Counted from the first letter of the stretch, positions 1 to 10,045 are shown. The stretch is 64,000 bases of DNA from an uncultured Bacilli bacterium (GCA_944372115.1 CALVYH010000002.1:104864-168863), one strand, 5' to 3'. Numbers and translations: made by a program. Notes: generated by a model not told the origin, from the sequence alone.

Positions 1-25
1 GCTTGAAAAAAATAAATATTTCATA

Positions 26-949
26 TTATTTAATTTTATTTGCTTTTACATATGGACATTTAAAGTTTGGATTTTCTCTATTTTTATAAATATGATTAAC
101 TACATCAGGATTTGTTTTTAAATCAAATTTACGTCCATATAAAACAGGAATTTTATGATTATATATACGTTTATAATCTTTCATTGTTAAAGATTTGGGT
201 GCATTTAATACATACCAATCGCAATAAAGAAGTGCTCCTCCTCTTTTCTTTTTAATAAATAATTTGTCAAAATATGGTGAATGATATAAAACTTCTGCAA
301 AAATATGTTCATCTGCAATTAAAGTATTTTTATATTTATCAAATAATTTATTATTTTCAATTGTTTCGACAATGTATTTTGCGCAATCTTTTGAAATAGT
401 AAACCATAATAAAGTTGTAGGAACTTTAAATGATTTAAATGCTTTATTTGTTTTCATAAATGGAGAAAATAATAAATCACAAATTACATCTCTACAAGCT
501 AATAAATTGCGATGTTTTCTTTGTTTTAGAGTATAAGCTTTACTATGGATTAAATGTAAACGACTTCTTTTCGTCCAATCAAAACGAACATCGATAAATT
601 CTTTTCCTTTATTTTCTTCTAAAAATTTCTTAATTTCTAAATCTGGATAAAGAGGTAAGCAGGATTCAGAAACCATAGTAAAATAATCATAATCTAAAGA
701 AAGTGTATTCTTTAATAATGAGGTTGTGGCGATAGAAGTAGTTAAATCGCCCCAACCAACATCAAATCGATCCATTATAAAATGAATATGTTGGTCATCT
801 TTAAAGCGAGAATATAATTCTTGAAATAATTCTTCGCTTTTTTTATCAACTAAAATAACAAGTTGATTATCGTTGACATTAAGTAAATTAATTAAGTTAA
901 TTGCTTGCTCTTTTTTACTTGAGAGCATCATTCCGTATACTAATTTCAT
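26..949 (-). CDS. Putative glycosyltransferase, GT14/core-2 I-branching-enzyme-like
   Basis: 307-aa ORF. The N-terminal segment AINLINLLNVNDNQLVILVDKKS resembles the conserved N-terminus of bacterial Branch (GT14) domain proteins. It sits immediately downstream of glf on the same strand. Confidence 0.45.
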   Translation of the reverse strand: MKLVYGMMLSSKKEQAINLINLLNVNDNQLVILVDKKSEELFQELYSRFKDDQHIHFIMDRFDVGWGDLTTSIATTSLLKNTLSLDYDYFTMVSESCLPLYPDLEIKKFLEENKGKEFIDVRFDWTKRSRLHLIHSKAYTLKQRKHRNLLACRDVICDLLFSPFMKTNKAFKSFKVPTTLLWFTISKDCAKYIVETIENNKLFDKYKNTLIADEHIFAEVLYHSPYFDKLFIKKKRGGALLYCDWYVLNAPKSLTMKDYKRIYNHKIPVLYGRKFDLKTNPDVVNHIYKNRENPNFKCPYVKANKIK

Positions 950-954
950 ATTTT

Positions 955-2076
955 TTATTCCACATCTATATTTTCTTTTGCTAAATCATTAAAAGCAAGT
1001 TCAATAACATCATCCATATCATAATATTTATATCTTCCTAATCTGCCAGAAAAAATAACATTACTTTCATTTTTAGCAAGTTCTAAATATTTTTCATACA
1101 ATCGATTATTTTTTTCATCGTTTAATGGGTAATATTTTTCCATTCCTTCAACATAATTAATAGGATATTCTTTTGTTATCCAACTTACTGGGCTTTTGTC
1201 GTTTTCAAAATATTTATGTTCAATAATTCTGGTATAAGCTGGAGTAACATCGGTAAAATTAATCACACAATTTTTTTGATAAAATTCTTTATTTATTTTT
1301 TCTAGATCGAATTTTAATGAACGATATTCTAATTTTCCTATTTTATAATCGAAATATTCATCAATTGCCCCGCTATAAATAATTTTTTTAGCTATTTTTT
1401 TATAATAATCTTTGTTTTTTAAGAAATCTTCGTTTAATTTAACAGGGATATTTTTCAATAATTCCTTTATTAATTTTGTATATCCTCCAACTGGAATACC
1501 CTGATAAATATCGTTAAAGTAGTTGTTATTATATTCAAAACGAAGTGGAAGTCTTTTAATAATAAAGGATGGGAGTTCGTTACATTTTTTACCCCATTGT
1601 TTTTCTGTATATCCTTTAATTAATCTTTCATAGATTGTTCTCCCAACTAAAGATATTGCTTGATCTTCCAAGTTTTTAATTTCTTTTATATTTTCTTTTT
1701 TCTTTTCTTCTTCGATTTTAGCCATTGCTTCCTCTTTTGTGTTAACTCCCCAAATTTCGTGAAAAGTATTCATATTAAACGGCATGTGATAATAATTTCC
1801 TTTATAAAAAGCCAAAGGAGAATTAATAAAATTATTGAATTTAACAAAAGAATTAACATATTTCCAAATTTTTTCATTTGAAGTATGAAAAATATGCGCT
1901 CCATAAATATGGATATCAATATTGTCGCGATATTCAGTATATATATTTCCACCAACATGGTTTCTTTTTTCGATAATTAAAACTTTATAACCGTGATTAA
2001 AAAGTTCGTGAGCCATTATAGAGCCATAAAGTCCACTTCCAACGATTAAATAATCATATTTATAATCTTTTTCCAT
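955..2076 (-). CDS. glf: UDP-galactopyranose mutase
   Basis: 373 aa. N-terminal FAD Rossmann motif DYLIVGSGLYGS is present. Length and overall pattern are typical of Glf. Confidence 0.85.
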   Translation of the reverse strand: MEKDYKYDYLIVGSGLYGSIMAHELFNHGYKVLIIEKRNHVGGNIYTEYRDNIDIHIYGAHIFHTSNEKIWKYVNSFVKFNNFINSPLAFYKGNYYHMPFNMNTFHEIWGVNTKEEAMAKIEEEKKKENIKEIKNLEDQAISLVGRTIYERLIKGYTEKQWGKKCNELPSFIIKRLPLRFEYNNNYFNDIYQGIPVGGYTKLIKELLKNIPVKLNEDFLKNKDYYKKIAKKIIYSGAIDEYFDYKIGKLEYRSLKFDLEKINKEFYQKNCVINFTDVTPAYTRIIEHKYFENDKSPVSWITKEYPINYVEGMEKYYPLNDEKNNRLYEKYLELAKNESNVIFSGRLGRYKYYDMDDVIELAFNDLAKENIDVE

Positions 2077-2103
2077 ACTTAATAATTGTATAATTTTTTC
2101 TTA

Positions 2104-2131
2104 TAAAAAACACCATTTTGAATTAATGGTG
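2104..2131 (-). terminator. Rho-independent terminator downstream of tRNA-Ser (minus strand)
   Basis: Hairpin caccatt...aatggtg is followed on the minus strand by a T-run (plus-strand A-run at about 2105-2110). Confidence 0.4.
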
Positions 2132-2148
2132 CAGTTAATTTAAAATAA

Positions 2149-2237
2149 TGGCGGAGAAAGGGGGATTTGAACCCCCGCGCCTGTTACAGCCTACGAGCTT
2201 TCCAAGCCCGCCCCTTCAGCCTCTTGGGTATTTCTCC
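2149..2237 (-). tRNA. tRNA-Ser (anticodon GGA), class II with long variable arm, CCA encoded
   Basis: The reverse complement reads GGAGAAATACCCAAGAGGCTGAAGGGGCGGGCTTGGAAAGCTCGTAGGCTGTAACAGGCGCGGGGGTTCAAATCCCCCTTTCTCCGCCA. It has a 7-bp acceptor stem, anticodon stem CGGGC/GCTCG with loop TTGGAAA, a long extra arm, and a T-arm GGTTCAAATCC. The first 54 codons of track ORF 2148..3281 are just the antisense of this tRNA. Confidence 0.85.
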
Positions 2238-2309
2238 ATTAATTTAGTTGTATATGCTTTTTTAAAGCCTTATTATTTTATCAAAAGAATATTTGAAAGT
2301 CACATAAAA

Positions 2310-3281
2310 ATGAAAGAATTTAAGATTACACATAATGATGCAAACCAAAGAGTAGATAAATTTGTAAAAAAATATTTAAAAAACGCTCCATTATCTTTTA
2401 TTTATAAAACTTTTAGAAAAAAAGATATCAAAGTAAATGGCAAACGGGTTAAAGAAAATTATATTTTAAATGAAGAGGACATTTTAAGAATTTATATCAC
2501 AGATGATAAAATAGCTGAATTTTTAAGCGATAATTTTGAAAATATTAAATATAATTTTGACATTATTTATGAAGATGAAAATATTTTAATTATTAATAAA
2601 GACCGTGGACTTTTAATTCATGGTGATAACAATGAAAAAAAATACACTCTTTCTAATGAGGTTATATCTTATTTAATAGATAATGGTGAATATTCGCCTC
2701 GAAATGATAATTTCATTCCTTCTCCAATTCATCGACTTGATCGAAATACTTCTGGTTTAATTATTTTTGCTAAAAATTTAATGGCATTTAAAGAAGGAAG
2801 TGATTTATTTAAAAATAAAACTGAGATTGAAAAACATTATATCGCTTTAGTTTTTGGAAATATTCCAGATGAAGGTAAAATTAACGCTCCGCTTTTAAAA
2901 AATAGCAAAACAAATACTGTCAAAGTTGATTATTCTTTAGGAAAAGAATCTTTAACAACTTTTAAAAAAATATGCGGAAATGACTTATATTCATTAATAA
3001 ATGTTAATTTAATAACTGGTAGAACTCATCAAATTAGAGTACATTTAGCTTATATTCATTTCCCGATTGTTGGAGATGAAAAATATGGTAATTTTGTTTT
3101 AAATAAAGCTTTTAATAAAGAATTTAAATATGAAAAACAATTTTTACATGCTTATTCCTTATCTTTTAAAAACATAAAAGGGGATTTATCTTATTTATCA
3201 AATAAAACTTTTTATGCACCATTAAAAAATGAAGAAAAGAAAATATTAAAAGAATTGAAATTTAATATTGAAAAAAATTAA
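2310..3281 (+). CDS. rluD: RluA-family 23S rRNA pseudouridine synthase (RluD-like, S4 domain plus catalytic domain)
   Basis: Catalytic motif HRLDRNTSGLIIFAKN is present. The start was moved to the ATG at 2310 (MKEFKITHND) because the upstream part of the track ORF is antisense tRNA-Ser. Confidence 0.8.
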   Translation: MKEFKITHNDANQRVDKFVKKYLKNAPLSFIYKTFRKKDIKVNGKRVKENYILNEEDILRIYITDDKIAEFLSDNFENIKYNFDIIYEDENILIINKDRGLLIHGDNNEKKYTLSNEVISYLIDNGEYSPRNDNFIPSPIHRLDRNTSGLIIFAKNLMAFKEGSDLFKNKTEIEKHYIALVFGNIPDEGKINAPLLKNSKTNTVKVDYSLGKESLTTFKKICGNDLYSLINVNLITGRTHQIRVHLAYIHFPIVGDEKYGNFVLNKAFNKEFKYEKQFLHAYSLSFKNIKGDLSYLSNKTFYAPLKNEEKKILKELKFNIEKN

Positions 3282-3306
3282 AATATTAAAGAATAGAGGG
3301 GAAAAT

Positions 3307-5019
3307 ATGAAAGATATCGTTCAAAACAATTTAGAGAGATGGTTAAATTCTCCAAAAGTTAGTCAAGAAGATAAAGCAAAATTAAATTCAATGAATGAGC
3401 AAGAACTTGATGATGCTTTTTTCAAAAATATTGCTTTCGGCACCGCAGGATTAAGAGGTATTTTAGGTCCTGGAACTAACAGAATGAATTATTTTACTGT
3501 TTTAAAAGCTACTGTTGGTTTTGGTCTTTATTTAAAAGAATTATATAAAGGTTTAGATAATATAAAAGTTGCAATTTCTCATGATAATCGTCATTTTTCA
3601 AGAGAATTTACTTTAGAAAGCGCTAAGATTTTAAATGACATGGGAATTGATACTTATATTTTTGATGCTTTAAGACCTACCCCAGAACTTTCTTATGCAG
3701 TTAGATATAAGAAATGCCAAGGCGGAATTATGATTACTGCTTCTCATAATCCAAAAGAATATAACGGATATAAAGTTTATGATGAAGAAGGATGCCAATT
3801 AGTTCCTAGTAAAATTGCTCGTTTAATTGAAATTATTAATTCTTTGAACGATGAATTAAATGTTGAAGTTCCTTTGGTAGAAAATAAGGGAAAAAATGAA
3901 ATTTTAGGACAAGATGTTGATGATACTTATGTTGAAAACGTTGAAAAAATAGTTATTGATAAATCTTTAGATAAATCAAATTTTAAAATCGTTTATTCTC
4001 CAAACCATGGAACAAGCTATGTTAATGCGATGAGAGTTTTTAAAGATGAAGGCTACGAAGTTTATCCGGTTGTTAAACAATGTAGTTATGACCCTGATTT
4101 TAGTGCTACACTTTCTCCAAACCCTGAAGATCCGCGCGCATTTATTGAAGGTATTAAATTAGCTAAAGAAATTGGAGCTGAACAAATTTGTATGACAGAT
4201 CCAGATGGCGATAGAGTAGGGCTTGCAACTAAACTTGAAAATGGCGAATTTGCATTAATGACTGGAAATGAATCGGCTGCAATTTTACTTGATTATATTC
4301 TTGATCATAAAAAGAAAAATGGTGAAGATTTATCTAAATATGTTGTTTACAACACTGTTGTTTCTTCTATGCTTGGTAAAGCAATTTGCGATTATTATAA
4401 TGTAAGATTAGAATCTTTCCTTACTGGGTTTAAATTTATTGGTGATAGAATTCATTATTATGAAAAAAATAATGGTTATAAATTTCTTTTTGGATATGAA
4501 GAAAGCTATGGATGCTTAGCTTCGCCATTTGTAAGAGATAAAGATGGAATCCAAGCTATATTATTATATAGTGAAATGGGTTTAGCTTATCATTTAAAAG
4601 GTATGAATTTAGTCGAAGCTTATGATGAAATTTGTAAAAAGTTAAATAATTTCTATCATTCTGAATTATTTAATATTTATTTTGAAGGCAGCGAAGGCCA
4701 AGCAAAAATGGATAAAATTATGGAGAGAATAGAAAAAGATCCATTTAAAGAATTATTAGCTAATAAAGTTAAAGTTATCGAAAATTATTTTACTTTAACT
4801 AGAAAAGATTTAGATAATGAAAAAGAAAGTAAAATTGAAAATTTACCAAAAGGTGATTTAGTTAAATTCTATTTTGAAGATGGTTCAAATATCTCAATTA
4901 GACCTAGTGGAACTGAACCAAAATGCAAATTCTATGTTGAAGTTTGTGGGAAAAATAGAAAAGAAACTGAAGGTAAGCCAGAATTATATTTTGAAGAGTT
5001 AAAGAAAATTTTACTTTAA
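3307..5019 (+). CDS. pgcA: Phosphoglucomutase/phosphomannomutase (alpha-D-phosphohexomutase)
   Basis: Active-site serine loop GIMITASHNPKEYNGYKV is present. The protein is about 570 aa, as for Firmicutes PgcA. An RBS agagggg lies before the ATG at 3307. Confidence 0.85.
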   Translation: MKDIVQNNLERWLNSPKVSQEDKAKLNSMNEQELDDAFFKNIAFGTAGLRGILGPGTNRMNYFTVLKATVGFGLYLKELYKGLDNIKVAISHDNRHFSREFTLESAKILNDMGIDTYIFDALRPTPELSYAVRYKKCQGGIMITASHNPKEYNGYKVYDEEGCQLVPSKIARLIEIINSLNDELNVEVPLVENKGKNEILGQDVDDTYVENVEKIVIDKSLDKSNFKIVYSPNHGTSYVNAMRVFKDEGYEVYPVVKQCSYDPDFSATLSPNPEDPRAFIEGIKLAKEIGAEQICMTDPDGDRVGLATKLENGEFALMTGNESAAILLDYILDHKKKNGEDLSKYVVYNTVVSSMLGKAICDYYNVRLESFLTGFKFIGDRIHYYEKNNGYKFLFGYEESYGCLASPFVRDKDGIQAILLYSEMGLAYHLKGMNLVEAYDEICKKLNNFYHSELFNIYFEGSEGQAKMDKIMERIEKDPFKELLANKVKVIENYFTLTRKDLDNEKESKIENLPKGDLVKFYFEDGSNISIRPSGTEPKCKFYVEVCGKNRKETEGKPELYFEELKKILL

Positions 5020-5064
5020 TGTATAAAATAAATTATAACTAATTAAAAAGAGTTAAATTAAGTG

Positions 5065-5106
5065 AGACCCTAATGTTGGACAAACTAATAGGAGGGTCTT
5101 TTTAAT
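5065..5106. terminator. Bidirectional rho-independent terminator between convergent pgcA and the HAD gene
   Basis: Hairpin agaccct...agggtct is followed by ttttt. Confidence 0.55.
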
Positions 5107-5177
5107 ATTCTTAATATTGTTTTGATAAAAAAACAAATTAAATATGTATATAAGTTTTAGAAATAATAAAAATATAG

Positions 5178-6002
5178 TTAGTTATCAAAAAATTTTTTTA
5201 ATTCTTTTATAACACCATCATTGTTATTATCAAATTCTGTAATGTTTTTAGCATATTCTTTAATTTTTGGATTACCATTTTTCATTAAATATGAATGATT
5301 ATAATTTGATAGCATTTCAATATCATTATCAGCATCTCCAAAAACAAAAACATTATCTTCTTTAATATTTTCTGTTTTTCTTAATTTTTCTAAAGTATTA
5401 GCTTTTGAAACATCTTTAAAATGAATTTCACAATAAGGGCAATCCCACCAAAATCTTAATTTATATTTGCTTTCTTTATCGATTTGTTTAAATTTTTTAA
5501 GCAAAGAATTTTTAGTTTCTTCACTTTCATCTTTCATTTTCATAACAAAGATATATGTTGAATCAATTTCATTTTCATCAAATTTTTTATCAATAATTTC
5601 CATATTATCTTTTTTAAAGAAAGCAAACAAAAAATCATCTTCCTTATCACAATAAATATGGTTATCATCTTCAGCAAGTATAGAAATTACTTCCTTATTT
5701 ATTATTTCCTTATAAAGTTTTTTTGTAAAAGAAGTATCAATTTTATAAGAAATAGTTTTAAATTTGTCATTTCTTGGGTCAAAGCAAAGTGCCCCATTAT
5801 AACTAATAATAGGAGAAGTAATATCTAAAAATTTATAATAATCAATTATGCTTCTAGGAGCTCTCCCCGAACAAATAACTATTAAATTTCCTTCTTTTTC
5901 TAATTTATTTAAATAATTTTTAGTTGTTGAAGTAATTTCTTTATTATCGTTTAATAATGTTCCATCTAAATCAAGAGCGATTAAATATTTATTATTTTCC
6001 AT
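5178..6002 (-). CDS. HAD-IIB (Cof-type) sugar phosphatase
   Basis: Motifs LIALDLDGTLL and FGDADNDIEM are present. It overlaps the trpS stop, so it is probably co-transcribed with trpS. The ATG at 6002 is preferred over the TTG at 6011. Confidence 0.75.
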   Translation of the reverse strand: MENNKYLIALDLDGTLLNDNKEITSTTKNYLNKLEKEGNLIVICSGRAPRSIIDYYKFLDITSPIISYNGALCFDPRNDKFKTISYKIDTSFTKKLYKEIINKEVISILAEDDNHIYCDKEDDFLFAFFKKDNMEIIDKKFDENEIDSTYIFVMKMKDESEETKNSLLKKFKQIDKESKYKLRFWWDCPYCEIHFKDVSKANTLEKLRKTENIKEDNVFVFGDADNDIEMLSNYNHSYLMKNGNPKIKEYAKNITEFDNNNDGVIKELKKFFDN

Positions 6003-6981
6003 AAATACCAACTGTTCTTTGAACGTTTCTTAAAGTAGCTGATGCTACTGATTTAGCCTTTTTAGCTCCTTCTTTTAAAACTTCATCAACTAAATTTGAG
6101 CTAATAATTTCGTTATATTTATTTTGAATTTTAGAAATTGTATCAACAACGACACTTGCGACTTCCTTTTTAAAGTCGCCATAACGATGACAATCTTTAA
6201 AATGGTCTTCAGCCTCTTCAACGCTAATATCTTTTAATGAAGCAGAAATCATTAAAAGATTTGAGATTCCAGGCTTATTTTCTTTATCGTATTTTATATC
6301 TGAACCAAGATCAGTAGTAGCTCTCATAATTTTCTTTTCAATAGATTTTATGTCTTCAAGTAAGAAAATATCGCCTTTTTCATCACTTTTTGACATTTTT
6401 TTAGTTGGATCACTTAAAGACATAATTCTTGCACCGACTTGTGGGACGATTGGTTTAGGCATAACAAAGACTTCTTTATTGTAACGAGTGTTAAATCTAT
6501 GAACTAAATCTCTACATAATTCAACGTGTTGTTTTTGGTCTTCTCCAACAGGAACAACATCTGCATTATAAAGTAAAATATCAGCACACATTAAAACTGG
6601 ATAAGCAAATAATCCCAGCCCAATTGCGTTTTGATTTAATTTTTTACTTTTATCTTTAAATTGAGTCATTCTTGATAACTCACCCATATAAAGATAATTT
6701 TGTAAAATTGAATTTAATTCACTATGTTCTGAAACATCGCTTTGTAAAAAAATTGTTGTTTTATTTGGATCGAGTCCGCATGCTAAATATAAAGCTACCA
6801 AATCACGAGTATTATTTCTTAAATATTCAGGATCGATAGGAAGAGTTAAAGCATGCAAATCAGCAACAAATATAAAATTTTCGTATTCTTCTTGAAATTT
6901 TGGGAAATTTTTTAAGGCCCCAATATAATTACCTAATGTTAATTTTCCGGTAGGTTTAATACCGCTTAATGATCTTTTCAT
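5992..6981 (-). CDS. trpS: Tryptophanyl-tRNA synthetase
   Basis: N-terminal GIKPTGKLTLGNYIGA and the KMSKS motif (KKMSKSDEKG) are present. Confidence 0.95.
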   Translation of the reverse strand: MKRSLSGIKPTGKLTLGNYIGALKNFPKFQEEYENFIFVADLHALTLPIDPEYLRNNTRDLVALYLACGLDPNKTTIFLQSDVSEHSELNSILQNYLYMGELSRMTQFKDKSKKLNQNAIGLGLFAYPVLMCADILLYNADVVPVGEDQKQHVELCRDLVHRFNTRYNKEVFVMPKPIVPQVGARIMSLSDPTKKMSKSDEKGDIFLLEDIKSIEKKIMRATTDLGSDIKYDKENKPGISNLLMISASLKDISVEEAEDHFKDCHRYGDFKKEVASVVVDTISKIQNKYNEIISSNLVDEVLKEGAKKAKSVASATLRNVQRTVGIYGK

Positions 6982-7044
6982 ACGCTAAAAATGATAGCAT
7001 TAAAGATAGAAAATATCAATTTATGGTTGTATAATTGTAAGGCT

Positions 7045-8376
7045 ATGGAAATTAAATTTTATAACTCATTGACTAATAAAATTGAAGAATTCAAGCCTAT
7101 TAAAGAAGGCGAAGTTTCAATTTATGTATGCGGACCTACAGTTTATAATTTTCCCCACATTGGAAATATTAGACCCGTTGTCTTTTTTGATACCTTAAGA
7201 AAATTTTTAGAAGCAGTTGGCTATAAAGTCACTTATATTTCAAATTTTACTGATGTCGATGATAAAATTATTAATAAAGCTCAAGAAGAAAAAATAACCG
7301 AAAAAGAATTAACTGATTATTATATTAACGAATATTTAAAAACACTTGATGATTTTCATGTAAAAAGAGCTTCAGAAAATCCACGTGTAAGTGAATACAT
7401 GAATCAAATCATTACTTATATTAATGAATTGGTTGAAAAAGGTAGCGCTTATGTTAATGATGGAGAAGTATTTTTTGATGTTTTAAGCGATAAAAAGTAT
7501 GGAGAGTTATCTAAAATTAACTTAGACGACCTTATTAATGGCGCTCGTATTGATGTTAATGAGAAGAAAAAATCCCCACTAGATTTTTTACTTTGGAAAG
7601 ATACAAAGGTAGGAATTAAATGGAATTCACCTTGGGGTGAAGGACGCCCAGGATGGCATACTGAATGTTGCGTTATGATCCATTCAATTTTTAAAGGAAA
7701 AATCGATATTCATGGCGGAGGAAGCGATTTAAAATTCCCACATCATGAAAACGAAATCGCTCAAAGCGAAGCTCATGATGGTAATGCTTTAGCAAATTTT
7801 TGGATTCATAACGCTATGATGAATATTAATGGCGATAAAATGTCTAAATCTTTAGGAAATGTTATTTTAGCTAAAGATGCAGTTAAAGAATATGGCGCTA
7901 ATTTAACAAGATTGTTACTTTTAAACGCTCCTTATCGCTCAATTATCGATTTTAGTGATGAATCTTTACAAAATAACAGAGCAATTTTAAATAAAATTGA
8001 ATTCGTTATAAAACAATCCAATCTTTTATTGAATTTAAATAAGATAGATTTAGATGGTGATGCAATTAAAATTAATCCTTTTTTAGAAGCTTTAAGTAAC
8101 GACATGAATATTCCAAACGGAATTACATACTTACTTGATTTAATTAAAGAATCAAACATCGAAATTAGAAAAAAAGATAGAAATTTAAATGTAATTGCAT
8201 CAAATTTTTATACAATTAATAAAATTTTATATATTTTAGGAATAGAGGTTCCTTATAGAAAATTTGATGATGATGAAATTGCTTTATATAACCAATATAT
8301 GGAAGCAAAAGCTAATAAAAACTTTGAACTTTCTGATTCTTTAAGAGATGAACTTATAAAAAAGGGTTTATTATAG
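7045..8376 (+). CDS. cysS: Cysteinyl-tRNA synthetase
   Basis: Motifs YVCGPTVYNFPHIGN and DKMSKSLGN are present. MEIKFYNSLT aligns with the canonical CysRS N-terminus, so the in-frame ATG at 6991 is less likely the start. Confidence 0.9.
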   Translation: MEIKFYNSLTNKIEEFKPIKEGEVSIYVCGPTVYNFPHIGNIRPVVFFDTLRKFLEAVGYKVTYISNFTDVDDKIINKAQEEKITEKELTDYYINEYLKTLDDFHVKRASENPRVSEYMNQIITYINELVEKGSAYVNDGEVFFDVLSDKKYGELSKINLDDLINGARIDVNEKKKSPLDFLLWKDTKVGIKWNSPWGEGRPGWHTECCVMIHSIFKGKIDIHGGGSDLKFPHHENEIAQSEAHDGNALANFWIHNAMMNINGDKMSKSLGNVILAKDAVKEYGANLTRLLLLNAPYRSIIDFSDESLQNNRAILNKIEFVIKQSNLLLNLNKIDLDGDAIKINPFLEALSNDMNIPNGITYLLDLIKESNIEIRKKDRNLNVIASNFYTINKILYILGIEVPYRKFDDDEIALYNQYMEAKANKNFELSDSLRDELIKKGLL

Positions 8377-8421
8377 AAAAAGTTTTGATATAATTTAATC
8401 CCATTCATTCGAGGATTTTTT

Positions 8422-9180
8422 ATGATATTAACAAACAATTATACGACGCCTTTGTCAATAGACGGACGGATTGTCAACTTTTTCGAAACCGGTTTTGATG
8501 GTTTAGTTAGCGAAAGTATCGGTGTTTCATTATTGATTTTTCTTTCAATAATTTTTGCGGTTGGCTTTTCTGCCGCTATAGGTATGCAACGAGAAAAAAA
8601 TGGCCATCCAGCTGGATTTAGAACTCATCTTTTAATTGGGTTAGGTTCAGCATTAATCATGATTATTTCAATTTATGCTGCTCCTGGAAGTTATGAAACT
8701 AGAGATCCAATGAGACTAGCAGCAGCTGGAGTAACAGGTATAGGCTTTTTAGGAGCAGGAGCTATTATTCAAAATGGCTTTTCTATTAGAGGTTTAACAA
8801 GTGCGGCTTCTATTTGGATAACGATGGCTATTGGAATGTGTTCAGGAGCTGGCTATTTCATAGTAGGTTTTATTGTTACTGCATTAACACTTTTATTCCT
8901 AACTTTCTTCCATAAAATCGAAGTAAAAGCTAGTTCAAAAAGCGCTGTAATTATGATAGTTACAAGAGTCGAGGACAAAAGTTTAGATAAAATAATTAAT
9001 ATTTGTAACGAAAATAATATTAAAGTTAGTGAATTATCATCAGAACTTGTTAAAGATGGAGATTCATATTTATCAAGAATTGTTTTTAAAGGAACCGGTG
9101 ATAAAAAGGACGCTATGCCACAGTTGGTTATGAAATTAACTCAAGAAATACAACCTATCGAATGTAAAATATTGCACTAG
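8422..9180 (+). CDS. MgtC/SapB family membrane protein
   Basis: N-terminal membrane domain with MgtC-like IGMQREK...GFRTHLLIGLGSALIM and a soluble C-terminal domain. Confidence 0.75.
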   Translation: MILTNNYTTPLSIDGRIVNFFETGFDGLVSESIGVSLLIFLSIIFAVGFSAAIGMQREKNGHPAGFRTHLLIGLGSALIMIISIYAAPGSYETRDPMRLAAAGVTGIGFLGAGAIIQNGFSIRGLTSAASIWITMAIGMCSGAGYFIVGFIVTALTLLFLTFFHKIEVKASSKSAVIMIVTRVEDKSLDKIINICNENNIKVSELSSELVKDGDSYLSRIVFKGTGDKKDAMPQLVMKLTQEIQPIECKILH

Positions 9181-9303
9181 TTGCAATATTTTTTTTACAA
9201 TATAATTTAGAATTTTTATAAAAAATATTATATTTTTTTAAAAATTTAAGATATATGTTTTTATACATTAAGACATTTTTGTTTCATTTTAGTAGGTGAT
9301 TTT

Positions 9304-10011
9304 ATGGATATAATTTATGGCACAAACTCAGTAAGACAATCTTTAGAAGCAAATCGTGTTAAAAAGCTTATTATTACAAACGATTTTAAAAACGAGGAGA
9401 TCCTAAAATTGGCTTCTGAGAAAAAGGTTGTAATTGAAAGAGTAAGTAAAAAAGAATTAGATGGATATGTTAGAAGCAAGAATTCACAAAGTTGCATGGC
9501 TTATATCACTCCTTACAAACTATATTCTTTAGATGAAATTTTAAAAAAACCAACCAGTAACGAAAATAGGGTCATAGCTATTCTTGATGAATTAACTGAC
9601 CCAAATAATTTAGGGGCGATAATAAGAAGTGCCGAAATATTTAATGTCGAAGCTTTGATTTATAAAAAAACTAATTCTGTTTCGCTTTCACCATTAGTTG
9701 CAAAAATATCTTCAGGAGCTATAAATTACATTAAATGTTGTGAAGTAACTAATCTTACAAGGTCCATAGAGAAGATAAAAGAAAATTCTTTTTGGGTATA
9801 TGGATTAGATGGAAACGCTAAAATTAATATTCAAGATTTAGATAAAAATAGGAATATTTGTTTAGTTATAGGATCAGAAGGCAAAGGAATTTCTAGATTG
9901 GTTAGGGAAAACTGTGATGATTTAGTAAAAATTCCTCAATATGGTCATACTCCATGTTTAAATGCTTCAAATGCTGCTGCAATAGCTTTTTATGAAATAA
10001 GAAGAAAATAA
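9304..10011 (+). CDS. rlmB: 23S rRNA 2'-O-methyltransferase, TrmH/SpoU family (RlmB/YacO-like)
   Basis: SpoU motifs LDELTDPNNLGAIIRSAE and LVIGSEGKGIS are present. It occupies the conserved position between cysS and sigH seen in Firmicutes. Confidence 0.8.
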   Translation: MDIIYGTNSVRQSLEANRVKKLIITNDFKNEEILKLASEKKVVIERVSKKELDGYVRSKNSQSCMAYITPYKLYSLDEILKKPTSNENRVIAILDELTDPNNLGAIIRSAEIFNVEALIYKKTNSVSLSPLVAKISSGAINYIKCCEVTNLTRSIEKIKENSFWVYGLDGNAKINIQDLDKNRNICLVIGSEGKGISRLVRENCDDLVKIPQYGHTPCLNASNAAAIAFYEIRRK

Positions 10012-10045
10012 ACGCTCCGATAAAAACCTATAGGAGGGTTTATTT

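Noticed and set aside
1660-1958. Small ORFs 1660..1881(+) and 1770..1958(-) inside glf
   Set aside because: They are fully embedded in or antisense to a well-supported gene. They are low-complexity Phe/Ile-rich translations of AT-rich DNA.
2148-2309. N-terminal 54 codons (MAEKGGFEPPRLLQPTSFPSPPLQPLGYFS...) of the track ORF 2148..3281
   Set aside because: This stretch is the antisense strand of a tRNA-Ser gene, since GGFEPP is encoded by the complementary strand of a tRNA T-arm. The real CDS starts at the ATG at 2310.
5467-5655. Short ORFs nested in or antisense to confirmed genes: 5467..5655, 7932..8159, 8253..8438, 9315..9497, 10820..11005, 11529..11789, 12480..12770, 13630..13854, 14107..14340, 14903..15304, 17615..17815, 18373..18624, 18592..18795, 20323..20508, 21713..22276, 33088..33291, 34158..34343, 35627..35860, 36260..36496, 36952..37234, 37900..38136, 38265..38525, 40703..40930, 41041..41229, 43440..43649, 45245..45430, 46508..46771, 47330..47515, 50713..50898, 58042..58245, 58594..58791, 58848..59051, 59172..59498, 61844..62047
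   Set aside because: All are alternative-frame or antisense shadows of longer, motif-supported genes. None has an RBS or a recognisable domain.
6991-7044. Upstream in-frame ATG at 6991 as the cysS start
   Set aside because: It would place the cysS start 9 nt from the trpS start on the opposite strand. It would also add 18 residues absent from CysRS N-termini. MEIKFYNSLT at 7045 matches the canonical start.
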